Shown here piece after piece: positions 12,590-21,310 of a stretch of DNA of 64,000 bases (within the stretch, counting starts at the first letter, position 1; each line of letters starts with the position of its first letter). The position numbers were made by a program, and so were the translations under genes. The notes under the pieces were generated by a model. That model ran no database searches, was not told where the DNA came from, and saw nothing but the letters and a program-made list of their open reading frames with translations. Source of the stretch: Alicycliphilus sp. UBA6560 (GTDB taxonomy: Bacteria > Pseudomonadota > Gammaproteobacteria > Burkholderiales > Burkholderiaceae_C); assembly GCA_002434305.1 (NCBI GenBank), contig DJJU01000001.1, positions 53,051-117,050 of the forward strand. The letters are read 5' to 3'.

Positions 12590-13257
12590 GCCGCCACCCC
12601 TAACGCTTCTGCGTGCAGCCGATCCAGATAGGCGCCAAAGCCCTGCGGCGCCCGGTAGTCGGCGCGCGCGCTGGTGCGCACCCGCGGGCGGTTGGACCAG
12701 GCAATGCGCGCGCCGCTGACCGCCAGCGCCTCTACCAAAGCCACGTCCTCATGCGAACGCAGCGGCGCGAACCCCCCTGCGGCCTGGTAGGACTGCGCGC
12801 ACACGCCCAGGTTGGCGCCGTGGATGTGACGGTGTCCCGGTTCGTCCCGGTAGGCTGCCTCGTACTGGCGGCGCACGGCCGTTCCGTAGCCGCTCCAGTC
12901 CGCCACCTGCACTGTGCCGCAGACGCACTGCGCCGCCTCGGCCAACTGCGCGGCGATCCAGTCCGGAGCCACTTCGCTGTCGGCGTCGGTGAAACTGAGC
13001 CAGCGAGCGCCTTGCTCCAGCGCCAGGGCCGCCCCCGCGGCCCGCGCCTTGCCGACGTTGCGCGCCTGCAGCCGCACGGCCTGTGCCCCATGCCGTGCGG
13101 CGACGCGGGCCGAGCCATCGGTGCAGGCGTCCAGCACCACGATCACGCGCACCGACTCGCCCGCCAGCTCGGCACACTCGGCGGCACGCGCCACCGAGCG
13201 CAGACAGGCCGGCAGGTGCCGCTCCTCATCGTGCGCAGGAATGATGACCGCAATCAA
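12586..13257 (-). CDS. Family-2 glycosyltransferase
   Basis: IAVIIPAHDEERHLPACLRS...VIVVLDACTDGS...LSFTDADSEV (DxD-like). TTG 13257 is preceded by GGAGAG at 6 nt. GTG 13281 is an alternative. The longer ORF to 13536 overlaps corA. Confidence 0.8.
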   Translation of the reverse strand: MIAVIIPAHDEERHLPACLRSVARAAECAELAGESVRVIVVLDACTDGSARVAARHGAQAVRLQARNVGKARAAGAALALEQGARWLSFTDADSEVAPDWIAAQLAEAAQCVCGTVQVADWSGYGTAVRRQYEAAYRDEPGHRHIHGANLGVCAQSYQAAGGFAPLRSHEDVALVEALAVSGARIAWSNRPRVRTSARADYRAPQGFGAYLDRLHAEALGVAA

Positions 13258-13465
13258 GATGCCCTCTCCGTGCGGCGGCACGCGGGCCAAGGGGTGGGGA
13301 GCATGGGCAAGTTTTCCACGACAGTGTTTTGGACGCGCACAGCGGCGCGGCTGCCTGATCGTAGAAATTCCGCTCGACAGGGGGTGTAGGACAAGCGGGA
13401 GCGGACCCATCCGCCGCCAGCCCGGCCGTGGGTGCGGCACCTGCCCTTCGGGCAGGCTCACGCCG

Positions 13466-14617
13466 TCAAAGCCAGCGCTTGCGCCGGAAGTACACCAGCA
13501 TGCCCAGCACCACGGCCGCCATGACGCCCAGCACATACAGATACCCGTAGCGCCAGTGCAGCTCGGGCATGTTGAAACGGCTGCCGGTGTCGAAATTCAT
13601 GCCGTACAGCCCGGTGATGAAGGTCAGCGGCAGGAAGATGGTGGCGACGATGGTCAGCCCCTTCATGATGTTGTTCATGCGCCGGCTGACGGCCGACAGG
13701 TACACATCCAGCAGGCTGGAGGCCATCTCGCGATAGGTCTCGACAAAATCGATCATGACCACGCTGTGGTCGTGGCAGTCGCGCAGGTACACGCGCGTGC
13801 TCTCGTGGATGAACGGGGCATCCCCCCGCATGAGGCTGGCGATGGCCTCACGCTGCGGCCACCAGGCGCGGCGCATGACCACCAGCTCGCGCTTGGCGTA
13901 GTGCAGCTTGTTGCGCGCGTCGCGGTCGTCGTCGAGCAGTATCTCGTCCTCCAGCGCCTCCAGCTCGTCACCCAGTTCGTCCAGCAGGGGAAAGCCCGAG
14001 TCCACGATGGTGTCCAGCAGCGCGTACAGCAGGTAGTCGGCGCCCAGGCGGCGGATCTTGCCGTTGGCCCGGATGCGCTGGCGCACCGGCTCGAAGATGT
14101 CCTGGCTGCCGTCGTTGATGCTGACCACGAAGTTGCGGCCGAGGAACAGGCTGACCTGGTCCACCCGGCAGGCTCCGCATTCGCCATCGCCGCCCTTGTC
14201 GCGCCGCACCAGGTTCAGGATGACGAACTGGTGCGCGTCGTAGGCCTCGGCCTTGGCGCGCTGGCCGCGGTGCAATACGTCCTCCAGCGCCAGCGGGTGC
14301 AGGCCCATGGACTCCTTCAGGCTTTGCAGCTGCTGCGGACTGGGCAGGCCCTGCAGGTGCAGCCAAAAGACATGCCTGGTCTCTGCCAGGGCCATCCCGG
14401 CAGCTTCGATGGTGGGCCCCTGCTGCTCGACCACGTCGCCCTCGCGGGCGTAGTGCATCAGCAGCAGCCGTGCAGGCGGCAGTGGCGCATCGTCCTGCGG
14501 ACTAGCGACGGCTTCGAGTGAGCCCGGCGGCGCACCGGGGCGGTTGTTGCGGCGGCGAAAGCCGTAGCGACGCAAGGTGCGGAGACGGGCAGTGACAGGG
14601 CGTTTCACAAGGGGCAT
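13466..14617 (-). CDS. corA: CorA-family magnesium/cobalt transporter
   Basis: C-terminal LPLTFITGLYGMNF (GMN motif) followed by a final TM helix. Start taken at MPLVKRPV (ATG 14617). Confidence 0.85.
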   Translation of the reverse strand: MPLVKRPVTARLRTLRRYGFRRRNNRPGAPPGSLEAVASPQDDAPLPPARLLLMHYAREGDVVEQQGPTIEAAGMALAETRHVFWLHLQGLPSPQQLQSLKESMGLHPLALEDVLHRGQRAKAEAYDAHQFVILNLVRRDKGGDGECGACRVDQVSLFLGRNFVVSINDGSQDIFEPVRQRIRANGKIRRLGADYLLYALLDTIVDSGFPLLDELGDELEALEDEILLDDDRDARNKLHYAKRELVVMRRAWWPQREAIASLMRGDAPFIHESTRVYLRDCHDHSVVMIDFVETYREMASSLLDVYLSAVSRRMNNIMKGLTIVATIFLPLTFITGLYGMNFDTGSRFNMPELHWRYGYLYVLGVMAAVVLGMLVYFRRKRWL

Positions 14618-14845
14618 CCTACGAGGGCCGAGTAGGACGACTCCCTTTTCACGCCTGCCGTGTGATGTGACTCCAGGCATGGCGATCCGAGCAGCCCCGT
14701 GACAGAACAGGCACTCCCTCAGCCAGCCACCTGCCCGCGGTTCTTCGCGGCAATTGTCGACGGCGGCGCAACTGGGGGCCGCGCGGCCGCCGGAGGGCTG
14801 GCCATGGAGACCTCGAAAGACCAGTTGCCGTGCCAGGAACGCCCT

Positions 14846-17800
14846 TCAATGGCGTGCGCGTTGACGCATGAACTGCCACGCCAGCACGGCCATGCACAAC
14901 GCCAGCGCCAGCCGTCCCCACGCTGACAGCGTGGGAATGGGCGCCGCACCGCTGGGCGGAGCTGCTGCCACAGCAGGGCCACCAGGGTCCAGGATCACAG
15001 CGTTGGGCTGCAGGTCATCGTCGCCCTGCTGACCATCCACCACGGTGAGCGTGATGGTGTTGCCCGAGACTACGGCGTCCGGGTAGGCGTACCAGTGCGG
15101 TGTTGGATTGACCAGCGTAGGTCCGAACTTCCAGTACTGCGTACCCGGCGGCAGGGCCGTGGGATAGGTGAGCGTCACCGAAAATGAAGAGCCCGGCACG
15201 CCGCTGATGGCTACGAGGTCGAACAGACCCAGAGGAAAGGACACCCCGGCTGGCGGCGCCACGGACGGCGACTTCGGATGCCCAGTCAGAGGGATAAAGC
15301 CTGCATTCTGGTACTTGCCCATGCCCGGCTCAGCAAACACCCAGGCCGGTGTGGAAATGGTTGCCGACGCCGGACCGGAGGAAGTTGTTCCTGTCAGGCT
15401 GGAGCCGGCCGTCGGCGGGGGCGCAACCGTGAAGGCCTGCACCACATTGACCGCGGGGTTGTGGCTCGCATCTCCAGCCTGCGAAGCAATCACGTGACAG
15501 GTGCCGATGCCCAACAGACGCACGGTAGTGCCCTCTACTGCGCACACTAGCGGGGTGTCCGTGCCAAAGGCCACCGGCAGGCCCGAACTGGCGCTGGCTG
15601 CCACGACGAAGTCGGCATCACCCAGCACCCTGTTGGCCAGGACGCCAAAAGTGATGGACTGCAACGCCTTGCCCACGGACACGGTCACCGTGCCCGACAC
15701 TGGCTCGTAGGTCGCATCCCCCGCCTTGGTGGCCGTGACCTCGCACAGGCCCACCGCTGTTCCAGTCAAGGTAACCCCCGACACCGAGCACACGCTGGCG
15801 CCAGAGGTGACGGCGTAGCTCACCGCACCGTTGCCCGCGCCGCCCGCGGTGGACAGAGTGGATGTTCCGTTCAGAGCCAACGAGGGCGACGACGACGCCA
15901 CGACCAGCGCAGGCTGGTCCGCCTTCGTGACCAGCACTGCTACGCTAGACGTGGCAGCGCCATAGTTGATGTCTGCGGCCTTGGTCGCGGTCACGGTGCA
16001 TCCGCCCACCCCGATACCGGTCAGCACGTTCCCAGTGACTTGGCACTGGCTGACCCCGGCGGTGACAGCGAAGGTCACCGCGCCCGTGCCGGATCCTCCA
16101 CGTGTCCCCAGGGTTGCCGTTCCCAGGTAGGCGATGGTGTTGGGCGAAGCCGTGGCGACCAGTGGTTCCTGCGAGGCCTGCTCCACTTGAATGTCCACCG
16201 TGGCCGATGCCGGGTCATGCCGAGTGTCACCCGCCTTGGTCGCAGTCACCGTGCAGGTGCCGGGCGTTACGCCTGTGACCACGTTGCCCGACAGCGAGCA
16301 CGAGGCAGCGCCGGCCGTGATGGCCAGCGTGACAGCGCCAGACCCGGCCCCCCCCGAAGTTGCCAGCGTTGCTGTGCCGTGGACGGCGATGGTGGAAGAC
16401 GAGGAGGCGCTGACGGCCCAGCCAACCTGCGGGGCCCGACCCACGGTGATGACGACCTGCCCCGACACCTCGTTGTAGAGCGCATCAGCAGCACGCGTGG
16501 CCGTGACCGTGCACGAGCCTACATCCACCCCGGTCAGCACATTGCCTGTAACAGTGCAGACGTCCATCCCTGCGGTGACCGCAAAAGTCACTGCGCCCGC
16601 GTTCGAGCCGCCAGTCGCCCCTAGTGTGGTGGTGCCGTTGAATGCGATGCTGGCGGGCGAGGCAGTCGCCGTCAGCGGAGCCTGGTTGGCCTTGCTGACG
16701 TTGATATCCACTGTGGCTGTGGCCTGCAGGTAGTTGGCATCGGTGGCCTTGGTGGCTGTGATAGTACATGGCCCCACCCCCACGCCCGTGACCGTCGTGC
16801 CGGAGACGGAGCAGTTGGGCGCTCCTGCTGTTACCGCGTAACTCACCGCTCCGGTGCCCGTTCCACCAGTCGTGGACAGCGCCGCCGTACCGCTGTAGTG
16901 GATATTGGCCGGACTGGCCGCAACGGCCAGCGTGGCTTGCGCGCCCTTGGCGTTGGTCAACACGAGGGGAACCTGTACGCCACCGGCAGTGGCTGTCACG
17001 TTGTAGGTGCCCGCCAGCATGTTGGCAGCCGCATTCAGCGTGGCGATCCCGGCTGTGTTGGTGGTTGCCGAGCCACCCGCGTCCAGCGCCGCCGAAGCCC
17101 CCGATACCGGAGCGCTGAAAGTAACCACCACGTTGGACAGAGCGCGATCGTCCACGTCGAACACCTGCACCTGCAGCGGGGCGGCAAACGCCTGGCCGAT
17201 CGGCGTGGACTGCGGGGCCCCAGCAAGTACATTGATGCGATGGGGCGGGCCGAAGGGATCGATGCGCAGCACCAGGCCATTGGCAGCAGACACGCCCGCC
17301 GCGGCACTGGAGGTAGGGTTCGCCAAGCCTTCCCAACCCGAGGTGGTCACCCCGCCCACCGAGAGGATCGTGTCGGTTTCCACCAGGGTGGCGGACAAGG
17401 CATGCATGGCATCGGCCCCGCTGGTGCCGAGAAAACCGGAATACACGAAACGGTTGGGCGCAGCCCACGCAATCTTGCTCAGGAAGCCATCTTGCTGACC
17501 GGGCTGGACAGTGGCGATGCCGCTTTGTGCCACCACGGGAAAGCCCGTCCCGGCGCTGGTCGCACCCGTGGCGTACAACGCATCGCCATCGTCTGCCAAG
17601 GCCGCCACGTAGTCGTAGCTTGAGCCGCCCAAGTAGGTGGCAAAGGGCGCCGTGGGATGCAGTCGGACGACGAAGCCATCCATGCCGCCATGCCCTGCGC
17701 TTTGCGGGCCGCCCGCGATGAACTGCGTGCCAGCATCGTTCGCGGGAAACTGGGGCGCGTTGGTCTCGCCGGCAACGACCAGCCCGCCACCCAAGTCGGC

Positions 17801-19468
17801 CACCAATGCCAGCGCGCGGTCGATGCCGACGTTGCCGTTGGCCGGAAGAGAGCCCGTGAGGATCTGCATCTGCGCGTTGGTGCCATCAGCTCCAACGAAG
17901 GCCACGAAGGCATCCACCGCGTCCTGCGACCGGGATGCCAGCACGGTGCGCGGCCCGATAAGCGTCGGTAGCCCATCGGTAGAGTCGGTAGCCCCAGCCA
18001 CGGCCAGGCGGCCGTCCGCCAGCAACGCCAGCGCATTGCCCATCTCATCGCCGCCGTTGCCGCCCAGGAAACCTGCATAGTCCAGGCCGCTGCCATTGGC
18101 GGCCACGCGCGCCACGAACGTGTCCATGCCGCCGGTACCAAGCTGGTCGCCCCCGTGGCTCAGACGGGGCCCTCCGAAGGCCGGGAACGCCGGTGCTGCC
18201 GTGGTACACCCTGCTGCAGCCGTAGTAGTGCAAATGGAAAAACCCGTCACGTAGGCGCGTCCTGCCGCATCGACGACGATGGCATTGGCTTGGTCGTCCT
18301 CGGCGCCGCCGATGAAGCCTGCATACGAGACCGAGCTGCCATCGCTGCCCAGGCGCATCACGAAGGCATCCCGGTCCTGCTGCATTTTGGTACGCCGCAA
18401 ACGGTTGTCCGGATCGGTACCTGCTGTGGGGAAATCGGTGGAATGGGTGGCGCCCGCAAGGTAGATCCGGCCGCTGCCATCCAGTGCCAAGCCGTGGCAG
18501 GCATCGTTAGCACTGCCGCCCACATAGGCCACAAACTGGGCCACGCCCTTCGGGTCGAACTTCACCACGAAGGCGTCGTCGCCCCCGCGGCTGCCTGCAC
18601 CGCCAGTGATCGGCAGATTCAGCGACTGGGTCGCGCCACAGGCGAAGGTATTGCCGTCCTGGTCACGTGCTACGGTAAACACTTGGTCGTCCGCATTGCC
18701 ACCCACCAAGCCCGAGTAGCCCGTCCAGGCCGGGTCGATGACCAGGGGTTTACGGCTGTCGTGCGGCGCCAGCGCGAAACGCACGCGCCAGCTGCGCTCG
18801 CCTGCCTGCTCTACCACGTAGCGAGCGGCCACCGTGACGCGCTGCGCGCCTTCGGGCTGATACACCACGGGCGCCGCATCGACCAGCACCTCGTCGCCCA
18901 CGCGCCACTGCAGCGAGCCATCGGGCTGCAGGCTCAGGGCGTCGGCACCGTCCACGCGCCACGCCACCTGCTCGGGGTCGGCGCCGGGTGCCAGCTCAAA
19001 CTGGTACTTGAAACCGCCGGCATTGCCGCCGAAATAGGCGTCGATGCCCGGCCACACACCGCGGTAGGCCACCGCGCCATAGCTCTTCAGCCCGGTCTGC
19101 CATTGCGACCGGTCTCCCACCAACCAGTGGTAGACCGTCGGTGATGCCTGCATACCCTGCGGAGCCACCCCTGCCGTGCCTTCGAAGCGGTAGCGCAGTC
19201 CGCCGTCCCCGGCCGCCTGCAACCCCCCATTCGCAGCCTTAGCCCACGTGGCTGGCATGCGCCGCGACTGCAGCAGCACGCCCGTGTCGTCGAAGGCGAG
19301 CTGCCGACCTGCTGCTGCCGCGCGAAATCGTGCCAGTCCATCGCTGGCGGGCATGGCCATGAAGCGGTTCTCGCGTCCCGCTAATTCGCGCTGCACGACG
19401 GGCTTAGTCTGCGACCAAGAGGGCAAGGCGCCCGCAACGAGCGCCAGGGCCAGAACGGTACAACGCAT
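14846..19468 (-). CDS. 1540-aa secreted surface protein: signal peptide, SBBP-like beta-propeller repeats, about 6 Ig-like repeats, choice-of-anchor-like module, IPTL-CTERM sorting signal
   Basis: Signal peptide MRCTVLALALVAGALPSWSQ. Recurrent blade motifs DDAFVVKFDPKG, DAFVMRLGSDGS, DTFVARVAANGSGLDYAGFLGG, DGFVVRLHP. The C-terminus APIPTLSAWGRLALALCMAVLAWQFMRQRARH has IPTL, a hydrophobic helix and a basic tail. ORF trimmed to ATG 19468. Confidence 0.85.
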   Translation of the reverse strand: MRCTVLALALVAGALPSWSQTKPVVQRELAGRENRFMAMPASDGLARFRAAAAGRQLAFDDTGVLLQSRRMPATWAKAANGGLQAAGDGGLRYRFEGTAGVAPQGMQASPTVYHWLVGDRSQWQTGLKSYGAVAYRGVWPGIDAYFGGNAGGFKYQFELAPGADPEQVAWRVDGADALSLQPDGSLQWRVGDEVLVDAAPVVYQPEGAQRVTVAARYVVEQAGERSWRVRFALAPHDSRKPLVIDPAWTGYSGLVGGNADDQVFTVARDQDGNTFACGATQSLNLPITGGAGSRGGDDAFVVKFDPKGVAQFVAYVGGSANDACHGLALDGSGRIYLAGATHSTDFPTAGTDPDNRLRRTKMQQDRDAFVMRLGSDGSSVSYAGFIGGAEDDQANAIVVDAAGRAYVTGFSICTTTAAAGCTTAAPAFPAFGGPRLSHGGDQLGTGGMDTFVARVAANGSGLDYAGFLGGNGGDEMGNALALLADGRLAVAGATDSTDGLPTLIGPRTVLASRSQDAVDAFVAFVGADGTNAQMQILTGSLPANGNVGIDRALALVADLGGGLVVAGETNAPQFPANDAGTQFIAGGPQSAGHGGMDGFVVRLHPTAPFATYLGGSSYDYVAALADDGDALYATGATSAGTGFPVVAQSGIATVQPGQQDGFLSKIAWAAPNRFVYSGFLGTSGADAMHALSATLVETDTILSVGGVTTSGWEGLANPTSSAAAGVSAANGLVLRIDPFGPPHRINVLAGAPQSTPIGQAFAAPLQVQVFDVDDRALSNVVVTFSAPVSGASAALDAGGSATTNTAGIATLNAAANMLAGTYNVTATAGGVQVPLVLTNAKGAQATLAVAASPANIHYSGTAALSTTGGTGTGAVSYAVTAGAPNCSVSGTTVTGVGVGPCTITATKATDANYLQATATVDINVSKANQAPLTATASPASIAFNGTTTLGATGGSNAGAVTFAVTAGMDVCTVTGNVLTGVDVGSCTVTATRAADALYNEVSGQVVITVGRAPQVGWAVSASSSSTIAVHGTATLATSGGAGSGAVTLAITAGAASCSLSGNVVTGVTPGTCTVTATKAGDTRHDPASATVDIQVEQASQEPLVATASPNTIAYLGTATLGTRGGSGTGAVTFAVTAGVSQCQVTGNVLTGIGVGGCTVTATKAADINYGAATSSVAVLVTKADQPALVVASSSPSLALNGTSTLSTAGGAGNGAVSYAVTSGASVCSVSGVTLTGTAVGLCEVTATKAGDATYEPVSGTVTVSVGKALQSITFGVLANRVLGDADFVVAASASSGLPVAFGTDTPLVCAVEGTTVRLLGIGTCHVIASQAGDASHNPAVNVVQAFTVAPPPTAGSSLTGTTSSGPASATISTPAWVFAEPGMGKYQNAGFIPLTGHPKSPSVAPPAGVSFPLGLFDLVAISGVPGSSFSVTLTYPTALPPGTQYWKFGPTLVNPTPHWYAYPDAVVSGNTITLTVVDGQQGDDDLQPNAVILDPGGPAVAAAPPSGAAPIPTLSAWGRLALALCMAVLAWQFMRQRARH
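15425..16940 (-). repeat. In-frame tandem array of about 240-nt units encoding Ig-like domains inside the giant gene
   Basis: Repeating pattern ...ASP..I...GT..L.T.GG.G.GAV.(F/Y)AVT.G...C.V.G..(V/L)TG..VG.CTVTATKA.D..Y... occurs at least 5 times, followed by a more divergent sixth unit. Confidence 0.65.
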
Positions 19469-19544
19469 GATGAGTGTCCAGGCAGGGCAGATGATCAGGG
19501 GTAGCGGGCCCAACCGGGGCAGGCAAGCATTTGCACGCGCGCCA

Positions 19545-20063
19545 TCAGGACCGGGGGGGAAATACGCCCTGCAACGCAATGATGAAATTTGCGGTCAGGT
19601 AGGGTGGCATGTTGTTGTGCGGCTGACCGGCACCGGCCACGCTGACCGCCTGCACAGACATGGGCTCGCTGGGGGCCATACTGGCGTAGGCCCGCGCAGG
19701 CGAGGCACCCAGGGCAGCGCCCGCGGGGTCGGATACGGCCGGGCCGGCTGCATCGCCGCCGTACAGCATGTGGGTATGCATGGGTATTTCGCTGGGTAGC
19801 AGGCTCACAGATTCCGCTCCGCCCGCTTCCCCGATGTCATAACTGAGCAAGCCTGGACCCTGCCCCCACATCATGGGCACGCGGCCTTGCAGGTCAGGCA
19901 GAGCAAAATTGCTCTTCCCATTACCGCCGTATGTCGTGCCCAGCAGTGAAAACAGCGCAGTGTTCTGCGATAGGGGCAGGAGTTGCCCATCGCACATTGC
20001 CCACCCCTTGGGTGCGAAGTTGAAGGGAACAATACGGATTTCCGCAACGAAGGGATCGGCCAT
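19545..20063 (-). CDS. Phage-tail-collar domain protein (COG4675/MdpB-like), paralog 3
   Basis: MADPFVAEIRIVPFNFAPKGWAMCDGQLLPLSQNTALFSLLGTTYGGNGKSNFALPDLQGRVP...GAGQPHNNMPPYLTANFIIALQGVFP. Confidence 0.85.
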   Translation of the reverse strand: MADPFVAEIRIVPFNFAPKGWAMCDGQLLPLSQNTALFSLLGTTYGGNGKSNFALPDLQGRVPMMWGQGPGLLSYDIGEAGGAESVSLLPSEIPMHTHMLYGGDAAGPAVSDPAGAALGASPARAYASMAPSEPMSVQAVSVAGAGQPHNNMPPYLTANFIIALQGVFPPRS

Positions 20064-20090
20064 GGTGCGCAGGTCTCTGGGTTTAGTCGA

Positions 20091-20585
20091 TCAGTTCTGC
20101 GAGGGGAAGATACCCTGCAGCGCAATCACGAAATTCAACGTGATGAAGGGGGGCAGGTTCAAGTGGGACTGACTCCCCCCCACGGATGTGATCGCATCGG
20201 TGCGGGTGGCTGCCGTGGCTGCCGCAGCGTAGTTGCCCCGCGAGGCGGCAAAGGCATTCCCCGTCGGGCCCGTGGCATGCCCCACTGCCGAGGTGGCACT
20301 CGGCACATGGGTGTGTGCCGGCATTTCGTTGATCGACAGCGTGTGCTCTTCAGCGCCCCCTCGGGTTCCCCGCGGATACCCGGGCGCCACGTGGATGGGC
20401 ATGCGCCCGCGAAAATCCGGCAGGGCGAAATTGACCCGCCCATCGCCACCGAACGTGGTTCCAAGCAGGGAAAAGAGCCCCTGGTTCTGGTTGATGGGCA
20501 ACAGTTGGCCGTTGCACAGCGCCCAGCCCTTGGGAGCAAAGCTGAAGGAAGCGATGCGGATTTCTCCGAGAAACGGTTCTGCCAT
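20091..20585 (-). CDS. Phage-tail-collar domain protein (COG4675/MdpB-like), paralog 2
   Basis: MAEPFLGEIRIASFSFAPKGWALCNGQLLPINQNQGLFSLLGTTFGGDGRVNFALPDFRGRMP...GGSQSHLNLPPFITLNFVIALQGIFP. Confidence 0.85.
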   Translation of the reverse strand: MAEPFLGEIRIASFSFAPKGWALCNGQLLPINQNQGLFSLLGTTFGGDGRVNFALPDFRGRMPIHVAPGYPRGTRGGAEEHTLSINEMPAHTHVPSATSAVGHATGPTGNAFAASRGNYAAAATAATRTDAITSVGGSQSHLNLPPFITLNFVIALQGIFPSQN

Positions 20586-20589
20586 GACG

Positions 20590-21096
20590 TCAGGTCGGCG
20601 ACGGATAGATGCCGAAGAGCGAGATGATGAAACTCACGCACAGGAACGGAGGCCGGTTCTCGTGCGGTTGGCTGCCTCCGGCCGACAACAGCGTGCCGGG
20701 GTGCATAGGTTGCGCCGCAGGCGCGGCATTCACGAAGTTCTTGTAGTCGCGGTGCCGCGCAGGCAATGCGCCTACGGGCGAGGCCACATACCCCGTGCCC
20801 GCAGCCACCATCAGAGTGTGGTTGTGGCGGGGGATTTGACTGACGGTGAGCGTCACCGCCTCGACCCCGCCCATCTCGGCCAAATAGTGGCCGTTGCCTT
20901 GGTGGATGGGAATGCGCCCGCGCAGGTCCGGCAACCCGAACGTGTTCTGTCCGTCCCCGCCATAGGTGGTGCCGATCAGCTGGAACAACGTCTCGTTCCC
21001 GGCAATCGGCAGTATCTGGCCCTCACAGAAGGCCCAGCCTACTGGGGCGAAATTCCCGGCGAACATGCGAATTTCGCCAATGTAGGGTTGTGCCAT
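20590..21096 (-). CDS. Phage-tail-collar domain protein (COG4675/MdpB-like), paralog 1
   Basis: MAQPYIGEIRMFAGNFAPVGWAFCEGQILPIAGNETLFQLIGTTYGGDGQNTFGLPDLRGRIP...GGSQPHENRPPFLCVSFIISLFGIYP. Only 4 nt separate it from paralog 2. Confidence 0.85.
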   Translation of the reverse strand: MAQPYIGEIRMFAGNFAPVGWAFCEGQILPIAGNETLFQLIGTTYGGDGQNTFGLPDLRGRIPIHQGNGHYLAEMGGVEAVTLTVSQIPRHNHTLMVAAGTGYVASPVGALPARHRDYKNFVNAAPAAQPMHPGTLLSAGGSQPHENRPPFLCVSFIISLFGIYPSPT

Positions 21097-21310
21097 GTAG
21101 CGCTGCAGGCCGTACCGACCTGTTGGACAGGGAACGAAAAGGATGGAAAGGTGTCAGCCCGCAGATCGTGCCAGTGACTACCTCGTAAAGCGCGCCAATA
21201 TAAAAGGGGTCACTCCTTGATGCAAGACAAACATAGCGTTGCAGTTAAAACTAAGGCAATATCTGCGCCGCTTGCAATCCTTCAGACCTCATTTCTGCCG
21301 CCCCTTCTTC

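Noticed and set aside
14618-14845. Mg-sensing leader (M-box-like) upstream of corA
   Set aside because: I could not recognise a conserved M-box core or a terminator hairpin. The region looks like ordinary intergenic sequence downstream of the giant gene.
15425-16940. Regular repeats as a possible CRISPR array
   Set aside because: The units are about 240 nt, contiguous with no spacers, in frame, and encode Ig-like domains within one long ORF. No cas genes are present.
19545-21096. Tail-collar genes as a prophage or tailocin remnant
   Set aside because: No other phage-type gene (terminase, portal, capsid, sheath, tube, baseplate, holin, integrase), att-like repeat or tRNA lies within the window. 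GC content matches the host. I therefore treat them as a chromosomal, non-phage module, as listed under findings.
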